A stretch of DNA of 33,753 nt from a virus. Taxonomy: Duplodnaviria > Caudoviricetes. The stretch spans positions 1-33,753 of the IMG/VR virus record IMGVR_UViG_3300022407_001572; one strand, given 5' to 3'. Positions 23,821 through 32,220 of this stretch are shown here, one piece after another. The notes beneath the pieces were generated by a model, which searched no databases, was not told the DNA's origin, and saw only the letters and a program-made list of their open reading frames with translations. Each line of letters starts with the position of its first letter. Positions within the stretch are counted from its first letter, which is position 1. A program made the position numbers and the translations under genes.

Positions 23821-24204
23821 TTAGCGCCTTAGCAACCCCATAACGATAAGCCCAGTAACTATACCTATTAGTAGGTACTGCCAAAAGTGGCGTTTAGGCG
23901 GTGCTGTTATTTTTTGAGTAACCAAAACGGGAACTTTTACGGTATCGGGTTTGCAATCTACCTCTTGCCAGATAGTGTCATTCTTTATGTAAATTTTACT
24001 AAGCCATCTCGTAGTATTTACGATTATGGTATCGTTTTTTGTCACCTCACTAAGCAAGGCAACCGTATCGGTAACCGTTCGCTCTGTTATAACATCGACA
24101 TAAGTAGTGTCGGTCTTAACCTTTCCGCCTTTCTTAATCGCTTGCTTTAAGTGGAAAGAAGCGCTGCACGAAGAAAGTAAAATAAGTATTGCTAGGTATT
24201 TCAT
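23821..24204 (-). CDS. Unimolecular spanin (u-spanin)-like lipoprotein
   Basis: Lipobox LSSC at residue 13, beta-rich DT-repeat periplasmic part, C-terminal TM helix ending RR; last gene of the lysis block. Confidence 0.7.
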   Translation of the reverse strand: MKYLAILILLSSCSASFHLKQAIKKGGKVKTDTTYVDVITERTVTDTVALLSEVTKNDTIIVNTTRWLSKIYIKNDTIWQEVDCKPDTVKVPVLVTQKITAPPKRHFWQYLLIGIVTGLIVMGLLRR

Positions 24205-24326
24205 TTTTTACCGCATTTACAATCGTAACACTTCCAGTCTGGTTTCATCTTTAAGTGATGTGGCATATAGCATTCTGGTGCTTTAAAAAATCTTTTGAAT
24301 ACAAGGTAAAAGAAGTAGTAAATCAT
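24201..24326 (-). CDS. Small Cys/His-rich peptide (41 aa)
   Basis: MIYYFFYLVFKRFFKAPECYMPHHLKMKPDWKCYDCKCGKK; ATGA overlaps at both ends. Confidence 0.5.
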   Translation of the reverse strand: MIYYFFYLVFKRFFKAPECYMPHHLKMKPDWKCYDCKCGKK

Positions 24327-24583
24327 AATTTTTTTCTATAACCCAATTTCCAAAGGTTCTTAGCTAAGTAAGTGCCCATCTTTAAAACCGATTGCTCAGG
24401 CATTTCAGGGTACTTCATGTGGATTAACTCGTGTATTTCCGTGTCTAAGATGTTTAAAGGTGTCTGCCTTTTTTCGATCTCAATCAATCCGTACTTGTCG
24501 GCATTGTTGAATTTATCGTTGTAGGCCATACCTAAAGCGTTTTCTTTTTTGGGTATTCGTCTGTGGCATATCTTTGGTATCAT
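24323..24583 (-). CDS. Minimal zincin-like (HExxH) protein (86 aa)
   Basis: ALG.A...G.IEI...LDTEIHELIH...P...E..V. Confidence 0.65.
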   Translation of the reverse strand: MIPKICHRRIPKKENALGMAYNDKFNNADKYGLIEIEKRQTPLNILDTEIHELIHMKYPEMPEQSVLKMGTYLAKNLWKLGYRKKL

Positions 24584-25005
24584 ATCTCGAAGTTTTCAAC
24601 CGATGCAATTCCTCTACTTCTATTTAAAGATCCTCTTCTTGAATTTACAGAATGCGTTACAAATTCCATGTTGTCAATAAAATAACCTAATGAGCTATCA
24701 ATCCGATCAACAGATGGGGCTAATTTTCTATCAAAACCTGACTTCTGATAGACGTCAAAAAGATTGTAAAATGAATCATTATTTATTGCCCATGTATAAA
24801 AATCATCTTTTGACAACAACTCCTTACCGCTGTACAAATGAAACTTTCCTTTTTGAACTCCTGTTATCCGGCTTTTCATATTTCTGTACATCCGCATTAT
24901 AAATCCTTTATGAGTTTTCTCATATTTCTTTGTCGAGATGTTGTCATTCATTCTACGGTAAGCTCTTTGCTTCTCGTTCTTTTTAATTCTATCTTCATTT
25001 TTCAT
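24580..25005 (-). CDS. HNH-like (beta-beta-alpha-metal) endonuclease, homing-type
   Basis: PSVDRIDSSLGYFIDNMEFVTHSVN motif; own -7 box TATCTTTG (25009-25016) 3 nt before ATG 25005. Confidence 0.75.
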   Translation of the reverse strand: MKNEDRIKKNEKQRAYRRMNDNISTKKYEKTHKGFIMRMYRNMKSRITGVQKGKFHLYSGKELLSKDDFYTWAINNDSFYNLFDVYQKSGFDRKLAPSVDRIDSSLGYFIDNMEFVTHSVNSRRGSLNRSRGIASVENFEI

Positions 25006-25036
25006 ACACAAAGATAATCATGTTAATCATGAATAT

Positions 25037-26137
25037 CTAAAATATATGAGTTAATCTTGCAACCTGACCAAACTTATGATGATGTATAAAAGCCTCTACG
25101 GCCTTAGCATTGTGCTGGTAGCCGTTACGATGATGCCAGGAGTCAGTGCCGCTTGGGCTGCGTAAGGTTTCAATAGTTACGCCTACAATCTCCTTGCTTA
25201 CCTTGTGATGTAAATGGTGTAAATACCAATATCTATGATTACACTCATGCCAATAAGCACTCGCTTCGGTTGCCATAAGAATAGGAAGATCTCCCTGCTT
25301 TGCCCCATCACCATGACTTGTGCCTATTAATGAATTACCGTATCTAAAATACTTTCTGTGCGAAGGTGTGATGTTAAATGTAACTCTTTCAACATTTGAA
25401 AACCAAGAACTTATAGTGTCAGCTAAAAAGAACCCGTTTGTAAAATCATGATTGCTAGGATCATATTGAACATGAACCGGTGCAACATACATTAATGTTT
25501 CAATTAATTTTACATAAAGCTCCTTAGCCGCTAAAAAGTTATCATACCACATTCCGTCCGTGTCTTGTGCCGTTCCGCTTGTAGTGGTTCTTTTTGCATT
25601 ATCAACGTGCAAAATATCGTTCCCAATTATCAGTAAAATCTTATCAATATTGAATCCTGCAGACTTTGAAATAAGCCCCGCAACTCCTTCTAAAACTCTA
25701 TTTACCGCTATTTCTGTATTGTATTCTTCCCCTGTTTCGATAGCCCTGGCGAGCTTACCTATATGAATATCAGCTGGATCTAATACGAGTAAATGGGGAT
25801 CAATTGTATCGTTTAAAATGGGTAGTGTGTATGTTGGTGCATGGTCTTTCATGCTTTCAACTACTTGATCTCTAATATCAAAATACCCCTCAGTAGTTCC
25901 GGTTTTAGCAAATATGCTAAAGTGCTTACCCTTACGCCAGTAATGGCTAACGCTTTCTAAAGGTATGCCAACTTCTTTTACCTCTTTGGCTAGGGCTTTG
26001 TGTTTGTGGTAGCGGTGATAAGACCGGTATAGGGTTTTAAAATTCTTTTGATACTTTTCAGATAACCCCTTTAACCATTTTTTAGCGGGTAACCCGTCCG
26101 GCTTTTCTTCTTGTTCGAATATTTCGCCTGGTAGCAT
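25037..26137 (-). CDS. Calcineurin-like metallophosphoesterase (366 aa)
   Basis: DIHIG, GNDILHVD, PSNHD, HGD, HHLHH motifs. Confidence 0.85.
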   Translation of the reverse strand: MLPGEIFEQEEKPDGLPAKKWLKGLSEKYQKNFKTLYRSYHRYHKHKALAKEVKEVGIPLESVSHYWRKGKHFSIFAKTGTTEGYFDIRDQVVESMKDHAPTYTLPILNDTIDPHLLVLDPADIHIGKLARAIETGEEYNTEIAVNRVLEGVAGLISKSAGFNIDKILLIIGNDILHVDNAKRTTTSGTAQDTDGMWYDNFLAAKELYVKLIETLMYVAPVHVQYDPSNHDFTNGFFLADTISSWFSNVERVTFNITPSHRKYFRYGNSLIGTSHGDGAKQGDLPILMATEASAYWHECNHRYWYLHHLHHKVSKEIVGVTIETLRSPSGTDSWHHRNGYQHNAKAVEAFIHHHKFGQVARLTHIF

Positions 26138-26355
26138 TATTTTTCCTTTTCGAAAGTGTCCGCTATTCCGTTGTTGTTATCGTCTTTGATGTTGAATTTT
26201 ATCCAGGCTGCTATTACAAAGCCTGTTACCACCGCGCAATGAAGTAGCCAATGCCCTTCAAATCGTACTATAGCGGCCTCGCCTATTGCTGCCACTGGGG
26301 TAAGAACGTAAGCCGCAAAGTTCCAGAACGGCATTCTGTGTATGTACTTGCTCAT
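26137..26355 (-). CDS. Small membrane protein, holin/antiholin candidate (72 aa)
   Basis: Two hydrophobic segments, C-terminal DDNNNGIAD and charged tail; overlaps the endolysin stop. Confidence 0.5.
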   Translation of the reverse strand: MSKYIHRMPFWNFAAYVLTPVAAIGEAAIVRFEGHWLLHCAVVTGFVIAAWIKFNIKDDNNNGIADTFEKEK

Positions 26356-26843
26356 ATTTTTATAAATCCAATTACTTTTAAACCATCCTGAACGTCTGCT
26401 TTTACGGTCCTTTGCTTTTCGTAAACACCGTCACCCTCACGGCTCCCTGCCCCGTTTGTATTGCCCTCAATGCTTTTGAATGTCTTGCTATCAGTTACCT
26501 CGCTGACTATCCCACAATGCCCCTGCCATTGGCCTATGCCGTCCTTCACGCGCTGCCAGAATACGAAGGCCCCAACCTCCGGTACCATGCTTGATTTATA
26601 GCCGGCTTTTAAAAGGTTCCGGTAAGTATTCACCGCGCTAGGTACAAAATGGCCTTTTAGTTCGGCTATTCGGGTAGGGTAAGCCTTCCAAGCCCAAGCT
26701 TCTATTTGGTACGCGCACCAGCTATGGCCGGCAATCCAACCTACCTCACGCAGTTCTTTTTCGTGCTGTGGATCGACAAAGCCCGTGTTTCCGGACTTCT
26801 CCTTTTTCCCGATATATTGTTTGGCAATCTCAACTATTTGCAT
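26352..26843 (-). CDS. Endolysin, CHAP-domain amidase/peptidase
   Basis: A..YIG.KE, WCAY (Cys), GHCGIV (His), SIEGNT. Confidence 0.88.
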   Translation of the reverse strand: MQIVEIAKQYIGKKEKSGNTGFVDPQHEKELREVGWIAGHSWCAYQIEAWAWKAYPTRIAELKGHFVPSAVNTYRNLLKAGYKSSMVPEVGAFVFWQRVKDGIGQWQGHCGIVSEVTDSKTFKSIEGNTNGAGSREGDGVYEKQRTVKADVQDGLKVIGFIKI

Positions 26844-26884
26844 AACTAACTTTTTAGTTTATAAATTTTAGTTTATATTTGCAA

Positions 26885-26960
26885 CCAGTAGCTTTGTCCT
26901 GGGGTTGGCTGCTCCCCACAATTAAAGATCTTTAGGCCCTGATTCGTTCAGGGCTTTTTT
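26885..26960 (+). ncRNA. Candidate ~75-nt small RNA antisense to the lysis operon
   Basis: TATATTTG -7 box (26874-26881), GGGG/CCCC hairpin, terminator AGGCCCTGA-TTCGT-TCAGGGCTT-TTTT; no ORF. Confidence 0.55.
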
Positions 26961-27144
26961 ATTTGTCTCGGTCTTTCAAAACCGCTATGTCTTGTTTCGC
27001 TTCCGAAATTTCCACCTCGTGTTGATCCAGCTTCGATTCGATCCTGTTCAAGATCCTAACCAAAAGAAACGCCAACACCGCGCTAATAATTACCAGCACC
27101 CAGTTCGCGCTTATCGTTGTGTCTACTGTTAGTTGTGAGATCAT
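26959..27144 (-). CDS. Holin-like protein (single TM plus coiled coil, 61 aa)
   Basis: WVLVIISAVLAFLLVRIL followed by a charged coiled coil; upstream of the endolysin. Confidence 0.6.
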   Translation of the reverse strand: MISQLTVDTTISANWVLVIISAVLAFLLVRILNRIESKLDQHEVEISEAKQDIAVLKDRDK

Positions 27145-27145
27145 G

Positions 27146-28690
27146 CTATTCATTTATAAACGGCAATAAGTAGCTATAGGCTTGACCAGACATTGTTTCA
27201 TAAGTTGTGTAGTGTGTCCCGTCTGCTGCGGCTTCCGAATCTGTGTCAAACCATGTAGACCCAAGGTAGTATGTTGAATAGCTTGGGTGAGCTGTTAAAA
27301 ATGCGCTACCTCCTAAATTCTCCTGTGCCGTCCTTACTAATCCCTGCGCTGTTGCATTGGGGCTAATACCAGTCCCGCTTTTGTATCGAAAAACTACTTG
27401 TCTCATCTTAACTACTGGAATCTGAAAAGCGGGTAGTGCATTAAATGTGTCAATGGTTGCTTTAACAAGCGCAATAACAGCAGATTCGTAGTTAGCACCA
27501 TCACCTATCTGTACATCATTTGCACCATGCCACTGAATCATACTTCTTACAACAGGAGTTCTTCTGTAGATGTGGAATAGATCGTCAACAAAAATAGGGA
27601 TCATATTCAACCATCTTGTGTATTGAGTATTTGGGCTTGTCCACCCAGCAGCGTCAGTGCTACCCTCTCCATATTTTAAAATAGCTCTCCCATAAGGAGA
27701 TGAAGAAAAATTATATCCTAATCTCATCTCACCACCATGAGCGGTTAACAAATTAGAAACATTAAGTATCATTTGATTTCTAGCAATCTGCAATCTTTCA
27801 ATATAATCAACCCTTGATATAGCAGTAGTTGCCATCTTCATTATTAATGTATCTATTGCACCAGATGTTACAGGAGCAGGGAGAGTCGCGTTTAAAGAAA
27901 AGCCACTTGCGTTGCTGTCTCCCCATATTAAATCAACATTTATAGGTGTTGGTGTAATAGATGAAAATGTTCTTGATTGAATTTGGGTCAGTTCACCGGC
28001 TGTAACATTTCGGTCAAATAAAAGAATGTCTTTTAAATACTGAGGCCCACCTGCGCCCATCGTCATAGCGTTAACTGCATTACCAGAAGTAAATGCGTTA
28101 GTCGCTGTCTGTGTTCCAACTTGAACATCATTAACATAAGCCGTCACTGTCAGACCTGTACGCTTAACTCGAATCCTTAATAACGTGTTTGTTGGAAGTG
28201 CATTGTTAGCTGTGATGCTTATAGATAGGTTAGTACCATTACCAATCTTAACAATTAGTGCATTTGTATTTCCCCCTGTGGTTTCCCAATACATTAAGAA
28301 TCCCCGGGCTGAATTACTAAAACCATTGTTTTGCATTAGAGTTCTTGTTGTGCCTCCTCCCGCTCCTGTATGAATAACCCCTGTCCAAAATAACTCAAAA
28401 TCACTAGATGGTATGTGTAAAAAATTATAATCTGATACTGACCCTGTCAATACAGACCCACTCGTTTCAATGTAATATCCTTCTCCATTATTCCATACGG
28501 CTCTTGTACCTCCTACTGATAGTGCTTGTGCTGTTTCTGCTGTAGCACTGGCTACTATCTTGTTGGTATTATCTACACCTGAAACGTAATCGCCACTTAT
28601 AGCATCTATCCATAAATACGGACTTAGCGATAATGGATCAAATGAATTACCACCACTCAACCACCAATTATGTAATATAGATTTTCTCAT
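27146..28690 (-). CDS. Tail fibre/receptor-binding protein: LamG/ConA-like domain plus SGNH (sialate O-acetylesterase-like) domain
   Basis: FDPLSLSPYLWIDA start, AYVNDVQVG and ILLFDRNVT..E LamG cues; GDSNA, G.E, K.G.GST, W.G.ND, DGTHY SGNH blocks. Confidence 0.7.
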   Translation of the reverse strand: MRKSILHNWWLSGGNSFDPLSLSPYLWIDAISGDYVSGVDNTNKIVASATAETAQALSVGGTRAVWNNGEGYYIETSGSVLTGSVSDYNFLHIPSSDFELFWTGVIHTGAGGGTTRTLMQNNGFSNSARGFLMYWETTGGNTNALIVKIGNGTNLSISITANNALPTNTLLRIRVKRTGLTVTAYVNDVQVGTQTATNAFTSGNAVNAMTMGAGGPQYLKDILLFDRNVTAGELTQIQSRTFSSITPTPINVDLIWGDSNASGFSLNATLPAPVTSGAIDTLIMKMATTAISRVDYIERLQIARNQMILNVSNLLTAHGGEMRLGYNFSSSPYGRAILKYGEGSTDAAGWTSPNTQYTRWLNMIPIFVDDLFHIYRRTPVVRSMIQWHGANDVQIGDGANYESAVIALVKATIDTFNALPAFQIPVVKMRQVVFRYKSGTGISPNATAQGLVRTAQENLGGSAFLTAHPSYSTYYLGSTWFDTDSEAAADGTHYTTYETMSGQAYSYLLPFINE

Positions 28691-29157
28691 ACTTCTTCGC
28701 GTGATGCTGTATCGTACACGTTATCAGTAGAGTTGTAAATACAGATCAGATAGATAGTTTTACCTATTACCGTTGTGGTTGGAAGTGCAGCACCGAAAGC
28801 TCTATACCCAGCCCCGTAGCTTATTGCTCTTGCCGTTCCGTTATCAGTTACGCGAATTATAAAGCCGTTGAAGTTTGCAATCGTTCCGGTAGGGTTAGCA
28901 ATTAGCAAAGACGCTGCCTGGGCGGTCAATTCAAAAGAATCATACAAGGCTAAGTTAGGTGTTAATGTTGCCGTACTTGCTACACTTACAACCCGTGAAT
29001 CGCTTTCGTATTTTAAAGAGTTCCAAGCCGTTGAAGCGTCCCCTATCTTCATTAGATTGGTAACCAACTCAATGCCTATTTCACCTTGTGCTAGGACTGG
29101 GTTTGAACTTGTCCAGTTTGCAGCCGTGTCTCTCCTGATTTGTATCTGTGTTGCCAT
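28687..29157 (-). CDS. Tail-fibre-associated protein with Mtd-N/hyaluronidase-N-like domain
   Basis: IQIRRDTAANWTSSNPVLAQGEIGIE...KIGD..TAWNSLKY signature. Confidence 0.8.
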   Translation of the reverse strand: MATQIQIRRDTAANWTSSNPVLAQGEIGIELVTNLMKIGDASTAWNSLKYESDSRVVSVASTATLTPNLALYDSFELTAQAASLLIANPTGTIANFNGFIIRVTDNGTARAISYGAGYRAFGAALPTTTVIGKTIYLICIYNSTDNVYDTASREEV

Positions 29158-29645
29158 TATGAATTGCCTCCGTCAATAAGTTGATAAATTAGATACTGAG
29201 AAGCCGCTGCCCCTCCATCTATAATTGAACTTGCTTGTCCTTGTGAAATAACCACCTCGGTTACTCCACCATTGTAATAGTTATCAAACTTACCAGCGTG
29301 AAAAGTAGCGTTACCACAAAGCCATGTTTGTTTGTCGGTTACGTTGTATAGTTCGTAATAGTAGCTTCTTTCTTGTAAGTATTGAGTCTGTGTTGCCGTT
29401 GGAAGGATTGTGATTGAACTTGTCGCAATCGTTAACCCCGTCCCTGAAAGTAGTTGCAGCGTGTTTGTAGCGCTGTTATATTTCTCTTTGATGTTTAACT
29501 GCCAGGTCTTACCGCTTACCGTGTAAGGTAGTCCGGTTGACTGATCGGTGAAGCTTAAAGTCTGAGCAACCCCGTCACGATTGATCCTAAAGTAAAGATC
29601 TATCTCTCTAGCTGGGTCAAATACTATCGGGTTGATTATTGTCAT
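29157..29645 (-). CDS. Fibre-attachment / BppU-N-like virion protein (162 aa)
   Basis: GD...L.F.D...P...G....L.IK...I.I.PT.T...YYYEL pattern; IDGG repeats at the C-terminus. Confidence 0.5.
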   Translation of the reverse strand: MTIINPIVFDPAREIDLYFRINRDGVAQTLSFTDQSTGLPYTVSGKTWQLNIKEKYNSATNTLQLLSGTGLTIATSSITILPTATQTQYLQERSYYYELYNVTDKQTWLCGNATFHAGKFDNYYNGGVTEVVISQGQASSIIDGGAAASQYLIYQLIDGGNS

Positions 29646-30076
29646 TTCTTTAAAACAAAGTTACTTACAAATGATAAATTGAACTTCTTATCTGATCCTA
29701 AAATTGGAGGAGTAATGTAAACAAGGTCTATATCGTTACCGGTTACGGTGTAATTGCCTTGCTCAAATCCTAAAACAGAAGTTTTGTTAAAGTCAATATT
29801 TGCTCCAGTCAACACGTAAGATCCTTGGTCAAAGCTTAGTGCTGAATTTTTCCGTAGCCCTATGTCATTCCCTGAATAAGAATAAGCCCCTTGATCTACC
29901 TGTAAACGGCTTGCCTTAGTAAGTCCAATATCATTACCCGTAAATGAATAAACTCCTTGGTCTACGTTTAGAATAGAAGTTTTAACTAAGCCTATGTTAT
30001 TACCCACAAAAGAGTAGTTACCCTGATCTATTGATAGGGTGTAACCAGTCGTTTGCGCGGCAAGTAGTAAGCTCAT
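29642..30076 (-). CDS. Virion-associated protein with five 22-aa tandem repeats
   Basis: Repeat consensus L.(V/F)DQG.Y..TGN.I.L.K.S. Confidence 0.7.
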   Translation of the reverse strand: MSLLLAAQTTGYTLSIDQGNYSFVGNNIGLVKTSILNVDQGVYSFTGNDIGLTKASRLQVDQGAYSYSGNDIGLRKNSALSFDQGSYVLTGANIDFNKTSVLGFEQGNYTVTGNDIDLVYITPPILGSDKKFNLSFVSNFVLKK

Positions 30077-31527
30077 TACTCGTGGTAAAGGTTAGGACTA
30101 ACTATCCACTGAAATACTTCTGTAGCTGTTGCAGTTCCTACTAAAATCTTTGCAACCACCTGTAAATATTCACCTGGATTAATTACAATCGGGGCTTCAA
30201 AGTCAAACTGTATAGGATTTGATACCGCGCCAACTGCCGCGCCAACCGGAAAAGAAATAACCCCTAAAGGCTGAATCCTTCGCGCTTTTGCCGTTGCTGT
30301 TACGAATGATCCTGTATCTGCAGTAACAGTTCCTAAAGATAATTGAGTGCCACCCCATGCCAACGCTACTCCAAAAGTTGAAGCGGTTGTGGCTACTGCT
30401 GCGACCGTATTAACGCAATCTATTTTAATACCTCTTAGTTTTATCGTTCGCGGTGTTTGGTTAACACCACCCGCAGGGTTAAGCCATGATGCTATGATTA
30501 CATCTGTAGCACTTGTTGCCGGGGCGTTCATTTGGAAAATACCTCCTAAAAAAGCACCTAATGCCGCTGTGGTGTTTGTTGCCGCTGCCGCTGCTGGTAG
30601 TGCCGCGTTAGCCCATTGTACCTGAGAAGAACCCATTGTACCACCGTTCATACCTTGTAGACCTAAACCAAAAGAGGCCATTTGATCAGCCCATGTTTGG
30701 TTAGTGACAATGTCCATTACAGAAACATTGATGTCTCCAAAACGTGCTATTAAGTTAGGAGAAGCGCCTACTGTACCGTTGTTATATTTTTGAATAAATA
30801 CAGGTAATGATGAAGTAAGGAAAGGTTGCCCTTGACCTACCGGAACGGTTTGTATTCCATAAAGAACATCATCAACCCAAAATTGAATTTCACCTTCTCC
30901 TACTACAATAGTAAAATGCCTTACCTGGTTTATTGATAGCGTAGAAACTAAATCTGTTTTTACTGCCGTTCCTGAGTTGTAGCGTGTTACGCCTTTAAGA
31001 CCGGCCGAGGTATATTCAAACCATACACCATCTATTACATCTACCGCGCCTGTCGGGATTCCTAAACCCCATTGAAGTACCTCGTTAGCGATGGGTAATT
31101 CTGAAAAAGCACATGAAAATTCCGTAGCGATTGGAGCCGTTCCAATAAGAGAAAAGTATCTCCATGATTGTAGGAGAGCAAAGTTACCCGATACCGTTGA
31201 AGTTCCCGCTGCGTTGACATTCAAAAACCCGGCTGATTGGGTCATTGTCATCGTGGTAAATGCGTGTCTCCAGTTCGCAGTATTTTGAGCCGTAGCGTTA
31301 AAGGTATCGTTGAAAACTACTGTGTCAACTCCAACTCTCAATCTATAGTCAAGAGTTGTTTCAGGGGACCTCATGTATTTTGCCGCCCCTACTGCCCCGT
31401 CATGGTTCTCGCTAAAAACGCCAACTTGATTACGGGCTTTATCACCGACTACCAATACTTCGTTACTGGCGTTTACCTCGGCCCCGTTGTTTGATGCGTT
31501 ACCTAATAATTTAAAAAACCAACTCAT
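30076..31527 (-). CDS. Putative virion accessory protein with lectin-like central domain (483 aa)
   Basis: ORF track; beta-rich, IQFWVDDVLYG ConA-like cue; in the fibre cluster. Confidence 0.55.
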   Translation of the reverse strand: MSWFFKLLGNASNNGAEVNASNEVLVVGDKARNQVGVFSENHDGAVGAAKYMRSPETTLDYRLRVGVDTVVFNDTFNATAQNTANWRHAFTTMTMTQSAGFLNVNAAGTSTVSGNFALLQSWRYFSLIGTAPIATEFSCAFSELPIANEVLQWGLGIPTGAVDVIDGVWFEYTSAGLKGVTRYNSGTAVKTDLVSTLSINQVRHFTIVVGEGEIQFWVDDVLYGIQTVPVGQGQPFLTSSLPVFIQKYNNGTVGASPNLIARFGDINVSVMDIVTNQTWADQMASFGLGLQGMNGGTMGSSQVQWANAALPAAAAATNTTAALGAFLGGIFQMNAPATSATDVIIASWLNPAGGVNQTPRTIKLRGIKIDCVNTVAAVATTASTFGVALAWGGTQLSLGTVTADTGSFVTATAKARRIQPLGVISFPVGAAVGAVSNPIQFDFEAPIVINPGEYLQVVAKILVGTATATEVFQWIVSPNLYHE

Positions 31528-31539
31528 ATCTTTTTTATT

Positions 31540-31818
31540 TTAAACCCAAACCCATCTAATACTTAAATCACCTGTGATAAGTCCACTTATAGCCGTGGCG
31601 TAAATAGTAAACCCTACCCCTGCAACTATATCCCCTACTATAATCCTAAGCGATACACCCGCAAACCTCGCATCCGTTACCGTGTTTCCAGCGGCAGCCT
31701 CTACCATTAAGAAAGCCTCCACAAAAGAACCCGACAAAATACCCGTCTGACCGGTTACCGTCACGCTTCCTTCACTTACAGGAGTAGCCCCAAACGATAT
31801 AGTAGCCGTTCCCGTCAT
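31540..31818 (-). CDS. Small virion-associated protein (92 aa)
   Basis: G.ATI.FG...V.VTGQTGI...AGVGFTIYA...W.WV; fibre cluster. Confidence 0.6.
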   Translation of the reverse strand: MTGTATISFGATPVSEGSVTVTGQTGILSGSFVEAFLMVEAAAGNTVTDARFAGVSLRIIVGDIVAGVGFTIYATAISGLITGDLSIRWVWV

Positions 31819-32219
31819 ACGATCGTAATCGCGCCCGCTGGGTTAAAGTCAATTAACAAAGTCTCGCCACTATTCAAAGTGATTGACGATCCATAGTCAG
31901 TCCAACCAATCAATTCGTCATTTGTCGCTGTATCATTAGCGAGAACCACATACCTGAACGGTCCAACCGTACCCGATGAAGTCAATGTCAAATCAGCAAG
32001 AACCAACGAATAAGTACCGGATGTTTGAGTACTCGATACTGTTACTACGTTTCGTGTTGAAAGTCCGGTGTAACTGATCTGCGTGATGTTACTAAGCTGC
32101 GTATTGGTAGCCAATGGCAATGTGTTAGTCAAAGCAACTACGATCTGATCGCTCCCCAGGTTGTGAACCTTCTCGGCCAAAGCCTCTACAAACGAATTGA
32201 ATTTATTGTACGTTGCCAT
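31815..32219 (-). CDS. Virion structural protein (134 aa)
   Basis: MATYNKFNSF...GPFRYVVL.ND...LIGW.DYGSSITL..GET...DF pattern seen in phage fibre/baseplate clusters. Confidence 0.6.
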   Translation of the reverse strand: MATYNKFNSFVEALAEKVHNLGSDQIVVALTNTLPLATNTQLSNITQISYTGLSTRNVVTVSSTQTSGTYSLVLADLTLTSSGTVGPFRYVVLANDTATNDELIGWTDYGSSITLNSGETLLIDFNPAGAITIV

Positions 32220-32220
32220 G

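Noticed and set aside
28687-29157. Diversity-generating retroelement suggested by the Mtd-N domain
   Set aside because: No reverse transcriptase and no TR/VR pair seen; terminal-repeat mismatches are codon-phased, not adenine-specific
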